Assembly: GCA_946965045.2 (NCBI GenBank)
Contig: OX337234.1
Coordinates: 2,356,001-2,420,000, forward strand
Source of the DNA: Epithemia pelagica
Lineage: Eukaryota > Protista > Bacillariophyta
Reading direction: 5' to 3'
DNA: 64,000 nt
Positions 10,260 to 20,678 of the stretch are shown one piece after another (position 1 is the first letter of the stretch; every line of letters starts with the position of its first letter). The notes under the pieces were generated by a model. That model was not told the DNA's origin. It did not search any database and saw only the letters and a list, made by a program, of their open reading frames with translations. The translations under genes and the position numbers were made by a program.

Positions 10260-11366
10260 ATGAGTGTCGCGACTCTTTCACTTTTTGAGAGTAGAGCTTT
10301 TGCGAAAGGGGCCGAAGCCAAAAACGAAGACGAGGACTCCGCCACTGTCTACTCTGTCTATTCCAACGCAACGACGGTGAAGATGAACAATCGTTCACGG
10401 ACTTTTGCTGGGAAGGCAGTACCTAATGACGATCAACGTCGTCGTGCCATTGCACGAGAAATCCAGCGTGTGATGGTCGATCAACAGCTCTCCGATCTCC
10501 GTCGCTCAGTTGGAGATGACACATCGACTATGAACTTTTTCACAGACCGGGCTGCACGATTTCCATCCAATGCCAACAACAACGAAATCGTAAGCCTTGC
10601 ATTTGAGTATTGTGCCGGGATTACTGCTTCCGCTGGTACTGCCGTGGAGAATGCTCCTACCGCAGGTGCAGAGGCAGCTGCTCCTGGTAATGATATTGAC
10701 AGCGAATCTTCCAAAACCAAGAATGCTCCTACCGCAGGTGCAGAGGCAGCTGCTCCTGGTAATGATATTGACAGCGAATCTTCCAAAACCAAAAGCACAT
10801 TGAGCGTGGATCAACAGCCCTCCGATCTCCTTGCCACACTTTTTGATCACAGATCGATGGTGAACTTTTTCAGAGACCGCGGTGCACAATTTCCATCCAA
10901 TGCCGGCAAATACGAAATCGCAAGCCTTGCATTCAAGTATTTTCGTTTTGATCCCGAGAATACTATTCCCGCTGATACTGCCTTGGAGAATGCCCCTACC
11001 GCAGGTGCAGAGGCAGCAGCTGCTGCTATCGCAAGCCTTGCATTCGAGTATTTTCGTTTTGATCCCGAGAATACTGTTCCCGCTGGTACTGCCGTGGAGA
11101 ATGCTCCTACCGCAGGTGCAGAGGCAGCTGCTCCTGGTGATGATATTGAAAGCGAATCTTCCAAAACCACAAGCACATTGAGCTCGAATTTTCCCAACGC
11201 CCCCACTGGAGATCTTGTTGACACGACACCCGTTTCGGCTTCGGATGGTCCTCATGCTGACGACTACGGAGCTTCTGCTCCCGTGATCGATATTGGTGAA
11301 ACAAACTCCTCTACTCGACAAACTGTCGTTGAGCAAGTTCGATCCGGGGTTGCCGGGCTTGGTTGA
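10260..11366 (+). CDS. Orphan protein built from nested internal duplications (NAPTAGAEAAAPG.. repeats)
   Basis: Open frame of ~370 aa from ATG 10260. The repeats all preserve the frame. Confidence 0.65.
   Translation: MSVATLSLFESRAFAKGAEAKNEDEDSATVYSVYSNATTVKMNNRSRTFAGKAVPNDDQRRRAIAREIQRVMVDQQLSDLRRSVGDDTSTMNFFTDRAARFPSNANNNEIVSLAFEYCAGITASAGTAVENAPTAGAEAAAPGNDIDSESSKTKNAPTAGAEAAAPGNDIDSESSKTKSTLSVDQQPSDLLATLFDHRSMVNFFRDRGAQFPSNAGKYEIASLAFKYFRFDPENTIPADTALENAPTAGAEAAAAAIASLAFEYFRFDPENTVPAGTAVENAPTAGAEAAAPGDDIESESSKTTSTLSSNFPNAPTGDLVDTTPVSASDGPHADDYGASAPVIDIGETNSSTRQTVVEQVRSGVAGLG
10649..10792 (+). repeat. Exact 72-bp tandem duplication, with further copies near 10987 and 11099
   Basis: gaatgctcctaccgcaggtgcagagg...ccaaaaccaa occurs at 10649-10720 and 10721-10792. 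Confidence 0.9.
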
Positions 11367-11889
11367 CCACAAACAACAACCCTTCAACAATTTCAACCGC
11401 TGCTGCTGCAGCTGCTCCTCCTCCTGCCTTGGCGGGAGAAACTTTGGACGGAGGCGACAGCAGCACTTCTCTTGGACGTACCATCGATAAATATGCTGAT
11501 GGTAACTCGATGCGAACGACTCCTATGTTCCGTTGCTTTCATTTGGACTCGTAGTAGATTGCAATTGCAATCTACTACTTGCAATCTACTACGAGTCCAA
11601 ATGAAAACAACGAATCATAGGAGTATTAGGAGTACTTTTGAGTCTACCCATCTCATCTTTTATCACGGAACACCTGTTTTGAGAGCAAACGTAGTCTCAT
11701 GCAGACGACTTTAGATATCGTCAAAATCATCATCGTCGTCGTCATCAGCCTCGTTGTCATAGAAGAAATAATTCCCGGCTTTCTTCTGTTCTGAATCCGT
11801 TTGAGAGCTAATTCTGATAGAGTTTACAAGTTTGATTGTGTACCTACCTAGGTAGGTAGTTCAGAACATGTGTTGACGATGGTTTCTAC

Positions 11890-11929
11890 TGCCGCCGGAC
11901 AGACGCGAAAATACGAACCACTTCCGGGT
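11890..11929 (+). promoter_or_regulatory. 40-bp upstream motif, copy 2
   Basis: TGCCGCCGGACAGACGCGAAAATACGAACCACTTCCGGGT, about 50 bp upstream of the MYND gene ATG. Confidence 0.45.
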
Positions 11930-11981
11930 CCGTGAAACTCTATCACGGAATGTCTCGACGGGACCACAATTCAAATCCGTA

Positions 11982-12962
11982 ATGACAACAATGGCCGAAA
12001 CCATGGAGGAAATTATCCTGAAGAAGATCTACTACGATGAAATTGGTCGGCGCTTCTGTAGGAAGCATCGACGAGATGTATGCTATGAATGCTGTTATGA
12101 CTTTTCGAAGCTGAACGAAATTCGAGAAGTAGATGCTGGACTGCGAGCCCCCAAAAGTGAGTTTGATCAAGCTGCAGAAAATTGGTGCGAGATGAAAAAA
12201 ATGCAACACTTTCTTCGTATTAATCCAGAATGGGACTGTCAGGCGTCGCCAGAGCTTGCTCGAATGATAGTCGATCTAGAAGAGATAATGGAAGAGATGC
12301 GGAACCGCGGCGACGGCGAGAAAATTGACCAAGCTCTTGAAAAGGCTGAACATAAACTAGAAGCACAAAACGCAGAGCTGAGAGGATTACGCCAGGCATG
12401 GGCTAACGAGAATCCAGGAGATGGAGCAATGGAGTTTGGCGGTCCCGACGCTCAGCGCCTCTACGATAAGTTTATCAAGCCTCCGACGACGAAAGCGGAT
12501 CGATCTGATCCATATACCTGCAGCTATTGCCACAAGATAAGCACTATTAAGCTTCATATGTGTTCACGATGCAAGAAAGTGGGATACTGTAACCGGGATT
12601 GTCAGAAAGCTGCATGGAAGGCTCACAAGACTGTTTGTGTTCCCGCGGCAAATGAGCCCAAAGAGCTTCATTTGACATGGAAGCAAGTGGAAGCCAAAGG
12701 CGGGATTCCATTTGAAGGACGGACATTGGAAGTACGCGCGGTTGCCGAGGAGTGTTTGGAGCCACAATGCTTTTCATGCAAGGACCGTGAAGGTAATGTG
12801 AGACGAGTCGCTGCATACACGAATAGTCGAATGATCCCTGGTTTGAGGCATGGAGCTCTGTTGCGGTGGAAGAACCCGAGGTACCATTGGTTTTTGGATG
12901 GAAGCTCTGGTGCACGGATCGAAGAGAAAGACCTTGCCAATATTACAGTTCTTCCACATTAG
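11982..12962 (+). CDS. MYND-type zinc finger protein
   Basis: CSYC...CSRCKKVGYCNRDCQKAAWKAHKTVC. Confidence 0.9.
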   Translation: MTTMAETMEEIILKKIYYDEIGRRFCRKHRRDVCYECCYDFSKLNEIREVDAGLRAPKSEFDQAAENWCEMKKMQHFLRINPEWDCQASPELARMIVDLEEIMEEMRNRGDGEKIDQALEKAEHKLEAQNAELRGLRQAWANENPGDGAMEFGGPDAQRLYDKFIKPPTTKADRSDPYTCSYCHKISTIKLHMCSRCKKVGYCNRDCQKAAWKAHKTVCVPAANEPKELHLTWKQVEAKGGIPFEGRTLEVRAVAEECLEPQCFSCKDREGNVRRVAAYTNSRMIPGLRHGALLRWKNPRYHWFLDGSSGARIEEKDLANITVLPH

Positions 12963-13106
12963 CGTGGTGGAGGCAAGTCCGCAATATGTATTTACCAATT
13001 CGGCGTAAAACAGTATTGACAAAGTAGTAGTAGGATTCGCAGCTTTCAGCCTCTCTTCTGACTCAATGAGTCTGGTTGCCTTAAATAGTTGTCATCAAAA
13101 GAGATC

Positions 13107-14021
13107 CTATATCTTTGGCATCACCACCGTTCTAGGCTGAACCGGTGGCGCAGGAGGTGCAGTGACCTGATTGGGTGTAAAGAAAAAACGCCAACAGTGA
13201 GGGTCAAGTTCGGTATGTCCTTGCGAATCCATGGCATTACGTACCTTTCCAATGAGAAATGGGAAAAAGGAACTCAACAAAATATCCCAAGGTGGCAAAT
13301 CAAATCTATCTTCTTGAAAGTAAATCAGTCCGGATTGCGGATCCACCCGAAAATCCGTATACACAATATACGGTTTGATTTGAAGACCAGGGCCGATTCT
13401 AGCATATCCAGACAACCTCCATGTACAGGTAATCATGTTCGGACCAAGTTCATGATTTACAGTGGTGGATATAATTTCGGCTCGTGACGTTTCTTGGTCA
13501 AATAGCGTGTTGACTCCTCGCGCATATGCTTCAATGCCTTCTAGTTTGACGTCGGGATCTTGAAACCGAAAGCTGTCGGAAAAGTAAATTGGGTTCACGT
13601 TGCCAGTCACAAACCATTCCTTCTCGTAAAGTTCAGCGTCCAGAACGGCCGCAAAAGTCTCCAGATCTAGTTTCTTCGTTAATTTGGGAGCATTGAAATC
13701 TATCAAGGATATTGGGTCTTGTTTTTCCTCCACCGTTTCTGGTGCACTGTCCTTGTTCATGAAATTAGCCAGAATTTTGGTTGCCAAATTCCGATACTCC
13801 TCCACCTGCGAACCGGAGTTCATGGACGAAGAGTCATTGTCCTTGTCGTTTTGGCCATTCAAACGCAGTGTGGAAGTTGGTGACGTCGTCGTCGATGAAA
13901 CCAATGCGACTGGAAAGTCGGAGCTGAACCGGCCGTTGGGTGTCAAAGGTCGGAGTGGAAAGGAGTTGACCAATCCGATCGAACAAAGAGCCAACGTCCA
14001 GATCCAGATCGGACAGTACAT
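13107..14021 (-). CDS. Plastid-targeted DUF2358/SnoaL (NTF2)-like protein, probable intron 13167-13244
   Basis: Signal peptide ending VNS|F. WFVTGNVNPIYFSDSFRFQDPDV..GIEAYARGV motif. A GTACGT...CAG 78-bp in-frame intron. Confidence 0.8.
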   Translation of the reverse strand: MYCPIWIWTLALCSIGLVNSFPLRPLTPNGRFSSDFPVALVSSTTTSPTSTLRLNGQNDKDNDSSSMNSGSQVEEYRNLATKILANFMNKDSAPETVEEKQDPISLIDFNAPKLTKKLDLETFAAVLDAELYEKEWFVTGNVNPIYFSDSFRFQDPDVKLEGIEAYARGVNTLFDQETSRAEIISTTVNHELGPNMITCTWRLSGYARIGPGLQIKPYIVYTDFRVDPQSGLIYFQEDRFDLPPWDILLSSFFPFLIGKVRNAMDSQGHTELDPHCWRFFFTPNQVTAPPAPPVQPRTVVMPKI

Positions 14022-14756
14022 GGTTGGTATGGAAATGGGAAATGAAATGAACTAGAAGTCTTTATCTTACCACAGTGCCTCGCCTTGGTCCCTGCACAGA
14101 AGAAAAGTCGATGACGGAGGAGGAGCGCGCGACAAAACATGGAGACGAACAAACGACCCCCAAAGGTCCCCATGCTCCCCCGTCAGATGTCACACTACTC
14201 AACGCGGACGGTGCGCCGGCGTGCATAAGGCGTTAAGTATATGGAAATAAGTAACAGATGTGTGGTCATCGATGACTCTTCTCGTATTGTACTTAAGGAT
14301 ATGGTCGGCGATATCCACGAGCCAGTCATAAGACCCGAATTGGACCACGCCAGTCGGAAGCGCGCCAGCCATTCATTCGGTGTCCAGAATCTGCGCAACA
14401 AAAATTGATCGTGGGAGTTGTCCCGGGGACAACCTCAGAGCTCTTTTTTGCTCAGTGTGGCCTTCTGTTATACAGATTGATTGATACTAATAAACTTTGT
14501 GTAGCAATATTATCTAAAAAGTAGATCAAATACTACAAACAAAACCCAAACACGCTCAACTTCAAACCTCATCGGGAATGTACATGTGAAGAGAGCGCAG
14601 GGTCAAACCCCCACGCACCGAATAGAAATAGGAATAGGAGTGCTTCCAGTGTTCAAACTGAGTATTGCAGAAGACACCCGCACAGGCTTCAGTTTAGGGG
14701 AGAACCAGAAAGAAGTCACAACGAGCAAGAAGAGGTGCAGAGAAGAAAAGCCAATA

Positions 14757-17444
14757 ATGGCAACGACATCAACAACAACATCACCAACCAGCGGTGGAGA
14801 TGTTTTGTCGGAGGAACCACTCTGGTCGATTTCGGTCAAGACAGTGGGTGCGGAACGACAAGGAAGTTCGGCTTCGGTTCGTGGTGAGGGCGGTGACAAT
14901 GTGATTCCTTCCTTGTTTCATGTACGGGTGAAACCGAGTGACAATGTCCAATCACTTCACACTCACATTGAGAATGTGACTGGATTGAAGGAGAGTCAAC
15001 AGCGTTTGATCTATCGAGGACGATTGATTCAATCCCATCAAACAACAACGACTACCGAGAATAGCAACGATACCAACAGTAATGAGGGAGAATCAGCGAC
15101 TGGAGAACCCACCAAAATTTCCGAGATCAAAGGATTGGCGGATGGACATACCATTCATTTGGTTCGGCGACAGGACACATCATCCACCGAAGACTCATCA
15201 TCAAGTCCAGGAGGAAACAGCCCATCTGTTGCAAATGGTTCTTCCAGCAGCAATCGTAATCGCTCAGCAACGGAGACGGAAAGCAATACCAATACCGAGT
15301 CATTGGGAAGCAGTAACAGCAGCAGTAGCTCTTCGGCCACTTCCTCCTTGCTAGCTGCCTTATTGGGACTGGGTGCCATGGAAGAAGACTCGGCAGACGA
15401 GAATGGAGGACGGAGCACGTCTCCTCCACGATCCTCCTGGAGACGCAGTCGCCGGAATCGCAATAATTATCGCTTGACCGCCGAAGATCTAGAAGTCCCC
15501 GAACCAGGGTCCATGGAGTCGGTCCGACAGGGCCTCATGACACTTCATACAATTCTCCCCATCGCGGAAAGTCACCAAAACAGTGTCGCTAACGGAACGA
15601 ATTCTGCAAGAAATCCCCTTGAACACAATCGACGTTGGTATCTGGGTCAGTGGATCGATTGTCGCGATACTGTCAATCAATGGTTAGAGGCTACCATTGT
15701 TGAAATGGTGCGACCTGGTGAAATTCTACCTTCTGAAAACACCTCCAACAATACTTTGAGTTCACCCAGAAGCAGCATCAACGATGACGCCACTGTCACT
15801 CCAGCGATGGACCCTGCTGTCGGCGCTTCCGATTATGACGGACGTCGACGATTGCTCTTGGAACCATGCGAGTCGGATGACCCCGAGGATTTGGGAGGAG
15901 ACTTGGCAGGCTTTCGTCCACGCAGCACCAACCAAAACGTCGTACTTTTACTGATTCATTACAACGGATGGCCACATCGATGGGACGAATGGATTCGCAG
16001 TGATTCCGAGCGCATTCGTCCGTTTCGAGTACGCACCCGTCATCCCACTTCCTCTCCATGGATGTCGCCCACCACACAATCTCATTATGCGGATTCTCCG
16101 CCGACCTACATGGGCCCTGGACAGTCCGATACTAACGATCGATCCTATTTGTTGAATGAATTGTTGCGTGTTACCACTGCCGTAAATGCATTGGCTCAAC
16201 AGGCGGTAGATTCCTTACCACCGCCCAACGCATCGTTTGAAAATGCACCCTCCAGTAGCTTGCCATGGATCCACGCTTCTTCGCCTTCCGCCTCGAGAGG
16301 AGAGGAAGCCACGGACGACGCAAATGTTGTTCCCAGCGAAGTCAACAATGAACAGGTTGCCGCAACAGAAACGTCGACGCCCCCTGTTACTGCCTCGAAT
16401 TCGAATCCCACCCCCGACCACAGTCTTGAAATGCTTGCACCTCTTATGGACCGATTGGGGCGCACCCTGGTAGATGCGGCCCCTCACATTGCTTCGCTCG
16501 CGGCGGCGAACCGCGATGCTGACCTTGCGGTCGCGAGCAGTTTGGAAGAGGAGGAAACTGCGACAGAGGAGTCAACCGATGCCTCCAACAGTAATAACCC
16601 GAACTCGCTCGGAGGCTTGTTGTCCATGTTGAATCGCGAACGGACACGACGGAGTTCTCGTGCCTCGCAGTCGCAACTTACCGATCAAGCGCTCTCGCCA
16701 ATGGGGGGAGAAGGCAACAGTACTGCTGCTGTGATCGATCCTGACTATATGGATTTTGCCACTGGTGCGGTCAATATATCGCGTGGTGACGTGCGCTCGG
16801 GCCCTCGCAGCAGTCGCAATGGTCGCGATGAGCTCAGTGGTTTGTTGGGAGCTTACCTGGCCGCCGCAAGTTTAGGCGGACTGACAAACTTGAGTGACGG
16901 AGGAGAAGACACTGGAAGCAATAGCGATGTTCAAGGTCTTGGGCGACTCCTGCGAAACCAAGGATCCAACGGTGAAAATGGAGGCATTGACATTCACATT
17001 CATGCGGTTGTCACAGCTCCTGGTATGACGCCTGGTACGGGAGGAATAGGTGCCGGAGGACCTGGTTTGGCTTTGGGTTTGACAGGTGCTGGAGCGTTGG
17101 GAGGGACCGCCACAACGGCCACAACTCCACCTGATTTGTTCGTCCACACCCGTAGAGCTACAGCCCAGCGTGTACGCGCTACAATGATGGAACAAAATGA
17201 CGACCTGGGTATCTTTGATGAACTGTACTCGGAAACCCCCAGTCCCGTATCTCCGAGTTCTTCGGAAAACTCCTCCAATGCGAATAACGGGTCTTCGTCT
17301 CCTCCATCGGCTTCCTCCGCGCTGCGACAATCAGGATCGTCTCGAAGAGGCAGTCGGCGCAGTTCGAGCAACCAAAACAACAACAGTGGTCATCGTTCCT
17401 CCTTCTTGGGACGCCTCTTTCGTCGCAACGGAGCTTCGGAGTAG
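14757..17444 (+). CDS. BAG6/Scythe-like protein: N-terminal ubiquitin-like domain plus Tudor-knot/MBT-like module
   Basis: UBL (VQSLHTHIENVTGL..QQRLIYRGR...DGHTIHLV), WIDCRDTVNQWLEATIV...LIHYNGWPHRWDEWI, and a GIDIHIHAVV motif. Confidence 0.75.
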   Translation: MATTSTTTSPTSGGDVLSEEPLWSISVKTVGAERQGSSASVRGEGGDNVIPSLFHVRVKPSDNVQSLHTHIENVTGLKESQQRLIYRGRLIQSHQTTTTTENSNDTNSNEGESATGEPTKISEIKGLADGHTIHLVRRQDTSSTEDSSSSPGGNSPSVANGSSSSNRNRSATETESNTNTESLGSSNSSSSSSATSSLLAALLGLGAMEEDSADENGGRSTSPPRSSWRRSRRNRNNYRLTAEDLEVPEPGSMESVRQGLMTLHTILPIAESHQNSVANGTNSARNPLEHNRRWYLGQWIDCRDTVNQWLEATIVEMVRPGEILPSENTSNNTLSSPRSSINDDATVTPAMDPAVGASDYDGRRRLLLEPCESDDPEDLGGDLAGFRPRSTNQNVVLLLIHYNGWPHRWDEWIRSDSERIRPFRVRTRHPTSSPWMSPTTQSHYADSPPTYMGPGQSDTNDRSYLLNELLRVTTAVNALAQQAVDSLPPPNASFENAPSSSLPWIHASSPSASRGEEATDDANVVPSEVNNEQVAATETSTPPVTASNSNPTPDHSLEMLAPLMDRLGRTLVDAAPHIASLAAANRDADLAVASSLEEEETATEESTDASNSNNPNSLGGLLSMLNRERTRRSSRASQSQLTDQALSPMGGEGNSTAAVIDPDYMDFATGAVNISRGDVRSGPRSSRNGRDELSGLLGAYLAAASLGGLTNLSDGGEDTGSNSDVQGLGRLLRNQGSNGENGGIDIHIHAVVTAPGMTPGTGGIGAGGPGLALGLTGAGALGGTATTATTPPDLFVHTRRATAQRVRATMMEQNDDLGIFDELYSETPSPVSPSSSENSSNANNGSSSPPSASSALRQSGSSRRGSRRSSSNQNNNSGHRSSFLGRLFRRNGASE

Positions 17445-17765
17445 ACTCCAGATCATAGTATAAAGTACGACATAATGCATGGACGCTATAAAACAGAAAA
17501 TGTAAATCATCCCGTATCAACAAGACAAATAGCCTTTGTTGCTTTATCAGTGGATGAGCCTTGTTTTGTTTGATCTATTTTAGCGTGGTTCCTTCTTCTT
17601 TGCTCTAGTGTTAGTTTTCTTTTCTATGATGATGTGTGACAGTACATTTTCGCGGTTCATATAATGGTCATCCTTCCAAAACTTAATCAGGACCTTGGTG
17701 ATTCTTTGTTTCTTGACTCGTGATTCTTCGTTTGATACAAAGTCTTCTTCTTCTTCTTCTTTGGC

Positions 17766-20171
17766 TCAACTGAAATTTGGCAACCAACTCAGAATTTTTA
17801 GTTGCCGCTCTCTCAAAGCGTCCTCAACGGCCTCTTGTGGAATGAGATTCTTGAGAATTTGTTTCATAAAGGCAGCATTGAATCCAGCTAAACTTCCGTA
17901 AACGGCATCCTTCCAAAACTTTTGCAAGAACCGATGTCGCGTATCAGGGTTCATTCCTCTACGAATGAAGAGATAGCTGAATCCCCAACAAACAGCTGTC
18001 ACCATCGATTCGTACACTACCGTCCACAATTTTTTGGGAGTTTCGAAGCCAAACAAAAAGATGCGACGGGTGGCAACGGAGCGACTGAGCCACAACATGC
18101 AAGACGCAATAAGACCGGCAAAATCACCACGAGAAACGCACTCAAACAAGGCGTCTTGATCTGCTGCACAATTTTGAACATTCTTCATCTCCTTCTCGAG
18201 CATGACAAGCCATTCAGGAGCTCGAGCTTGAATTTCGGCCGAGATGGCAATCAATGAGAGGAACAAAACAAAGTAATTGGCCAAGACAAAGATCACTTGG
18301 CGCCGACCATGTCGTGGAAACGCGCTCTTCTTGGAGGAAGAACTCTCTTCACGGTCCCGAAGCAACAATTCTGTTATTTGGCGAAGGCGAGCTTCTATGG
18401 GATCTTCCGAATGCAGAACCATTTCATCATCGTCTGTGGACTCTTCGTCATTAGATTTCTTGTCATCTTTTCCACTCTCGTCCTCCTCTTCTTTAGCACT
18501 TGTGCTATTGTCTTTGTTTGTTCCTCTCCTCCGATTCACATGAGACTCATTTTCGGTCGGCCTCAAGGCATCCAATTTTTTGGACAGATGGGCAAGCTGT
18601 TTGGAACTGAGACCACCTTGTTGTCCTGTTTCAGGATGCGGACTCGGAGCGGCCGACGGAGAATCTGGTGGTCGACCAATAGGACTTTCCGTGCCAAAAC
18701 TCTGCTTTGTAGTGTCTCGAGTACTAAAGCGCAATAAAAACTCAGAACCATGTGGAATATATGGGGAGAGGACGATCTCTTCAAAAGGTGGGTCGGAACT
18801 CTCATCCAAAACACGAACATCAATCAACTGGATGTGTTTGGGCAATTTGAGTTTTCGTGTTACGCTTTTTCGTACATGTTCCTGGAGTTCCATGGAGGTC
18901 GTGCCTTCAAACCATGACAACGTGATTACTCCACGATCGATTGGTTTCAAATGTTCTTGCTTGCTTTCTGAAATGGGACTAAGAATTTCTCCACTGCCAA
19001 ACATGAGCCTCGATTTCCGACGAATCGATCTCAGTAGCCCCGGCCGACCTTGATCTTCGTCGTATGTATTGTTTATTCGACTTCCCTCGGAAGAACCCGA
19101 TGCTGGTTCTTCCTCCATTCGGAGGCGGATTTTCCTTCGGCCACATGGAGCGGCTGCTGCTCCACCAACCATCATCACTGTGGGCGGAGCACCAAACGAT
19201 GATCCTCTGACTACGGATGCTTGTGGTTGGCCAAAAGCGGGATTTCCTAGGAAGGAAGAAGAATGTTGTTGTTGTGACTGTTGTTGTTGATGAGGTGATA
19301 GAAGAAAGGAGGGCGGTTGATGAATCATGGCAGGAGCCGGTGGTGTCGAAGGAGCTTCCTCTACGTTGCGCGTTACAAGATGCCCAATGCCCGAATTTGG
19401 AGCCAAAGCAATGGAGGAAGGAAGAGGGTGTTCTGATGAAACAATACGAGGATCAGCTGGAGCATCAATAGCCATGTTTGATGCTTCCATCGGTAGATTT
19501 ACAAGCGGAATATTTTCAGCATGATCGGGTGTCAAAGACAATTCATTCCCATCTGATTGGGGCAAAGGAGACTGTATTCCGGATGATTCATCTATTGTTT
19601 CCTGATGAGCTTGATTTTGTTCCTCTGTCTGCAACATGGTCGTTGGTTCGGGAACTTCTGCAGTCTCGTCCTGGACGTCAATCATTATTTCTTGGCTGGC
19701 ATCAACAGGCATGGTGCGCACGTGTGACGAAAGAACCGCATGCAAGACGCGGCCTTCAATCCGATTTTCGTCTTCGGTCATGAGAACGTCTCGGGTGCCT
19801 CGATCGTCCAGGTCGTCCAAATCTTCTCGGTCCTCTTCGTAATCCACCACAGAAGGAGGTGGATCGGGCTTGGTCGCCTCTGACATGTTGCTGAGAGAGT
19901 ATCTTCGAATCAGGAGAGGCTTATCGTCGTTGTTGCTATGATTTTCATTTTCGCCCATTGCCTGTTGAGCGGTGATAGTCTTAGCTTTGTCACCATGCTC
20001 TTCTTCCCCGTCATGTTGAGACAAGACTACATTGTTCATGGTTCCTTCTTCTTGTTGATTTGCTGGTGCGGCCGCAGACGCTGTTGGATCCTCCACATCG
20101 TTGGGCTCTTCCACATCCGACAAGGCTAGTGGTGGTGACCCTCCATCTTCTTGCGATTTCGGACCCTCCAT
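17766..20171 (-). CDS. Hypothetical protein: acidic disordered N-terminus, C-terminal TM helices
   Basis: Long ORF (open to 20546). Likely start MEGPKSQ. Hydrophobic segments near the C-terminus. Confidence 0.7.
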   Translation of the reverse strand: MEGPKSQEDGGSPPLALSDVEEPNDVEDPTASAAAPANQQEEGTMNNVVLSQHDGEEEHGDKAKTITAQQAMGENENHSNNDDKPLLIRRYSLSNMSEATKPDPPPSVVDYEEDREDLDDLDDRGTRDVLMTEDENRIEGRVLHAVLSSHVRTMPVDASQEIMIDVQDETAEVPEPTTMLQTEEQNQAHQETIDESSGIQSPLPQSDGNELSLTPDHAENIPLVNLPMEASNMAIDAPADPRIVSSEHPLPSSIALAPNSGIGHLVTRNVEEAPSTPPAPAMIHQPPSFLLSPHQQQQSQQQHSSSFLGNPAFGQPQASVVRGSSFGAPPTVMMVGGAAAAPCGRRKIRLRMEEEPASGSSEGSRINNTYDEDQGRPGLLRSIRRKSRLMFGSGEILSPISESKQEHLKPIDRGVITLSWFEGTTSMELQEHVRKSVTRKLKLPKHIQLIDVRVLDESSDPPFEEIVLSPYIPHGSEFLLRFSTRDTTKQSFGTESPIGRPPDSPSAAPSPHPETGQQGGLSSKQLAHLSKKLDALRPTENESHVNRRRGTNKDNSTSAKEEEDESGKDDKKSNDEESTDDDEMVLHSEDPIEARLRQITELLLRDREESSSSKKSAFPRHGRRQVIFVLANYFVLFLSLIAISAEIQARAPEWLVMLEKEMKNVQNCAADQDALFECVSRGDFAGLIASCMLWLSRSVATRRIFLFGFETPKKLWTVVYESMVTAVCWGFSYLFIRRGMNPDTRHRFLQKFWKDAVYGSLAGFNAAFMKQILKNLIPQEAVEDALRERQLKILSWLPNFS

Positions 20172-20678
20172 TGTACATGGGATTGTAACTTCTGTTGGAA
20201 TAGAGAAATGCAGCGTTTCTTCTTGGTTTCTTGAACTTTTGACTTTTGATGGAAGAACACGGCTACCCAGCGGAATCACCCTTCCCCCAAGCCTGCTTGC
20301 CGTCAGACACACCACGAAACACAAGCGAACGCAATCGCCAGGTGTCGTCTGATGGTTTTTCTGCAGACAGACGCCAACTACCATGGTGGTGCGTCGTTCG
20401 GTTCGTGTTGTGCGCCGGCCTCCTTCCAAAAATTTCGACAACTCGCTTCCACGTGTTGACGGTTCAATGATTCCAAGATACGGATGCGAGTCGCGGGCCC
20501 GCCATAGGCCATAGTAAAACATCAAGACCAAAATATATGCCCACATATACTTGTAAAGAGTTCGAGGTTTCTACTCCTAAGGTTTTAAGAGTGTACTCGT
20601 ATTGTTAGAGTTCCTAGAGAGATGAAAAAAATGAGCCGACGATGACGGATGTAACACAACGGTTCGTTCAAGACAAAT

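Noticed and set aside
10649-11170. CRISPR-like repeat array
   Set aside because: The repeats are directly tandem, coding and lack unique spacers. The host is eukaryotic and there are no cas genes.
10481-11396. Long antisense ORFs over the repeat gene (and similar shadow ORFs over gag, pol and the acidic genes)
   Set aside because: These are expected shadows of repetitive or codon-biased sense ORFs and show no motifs.
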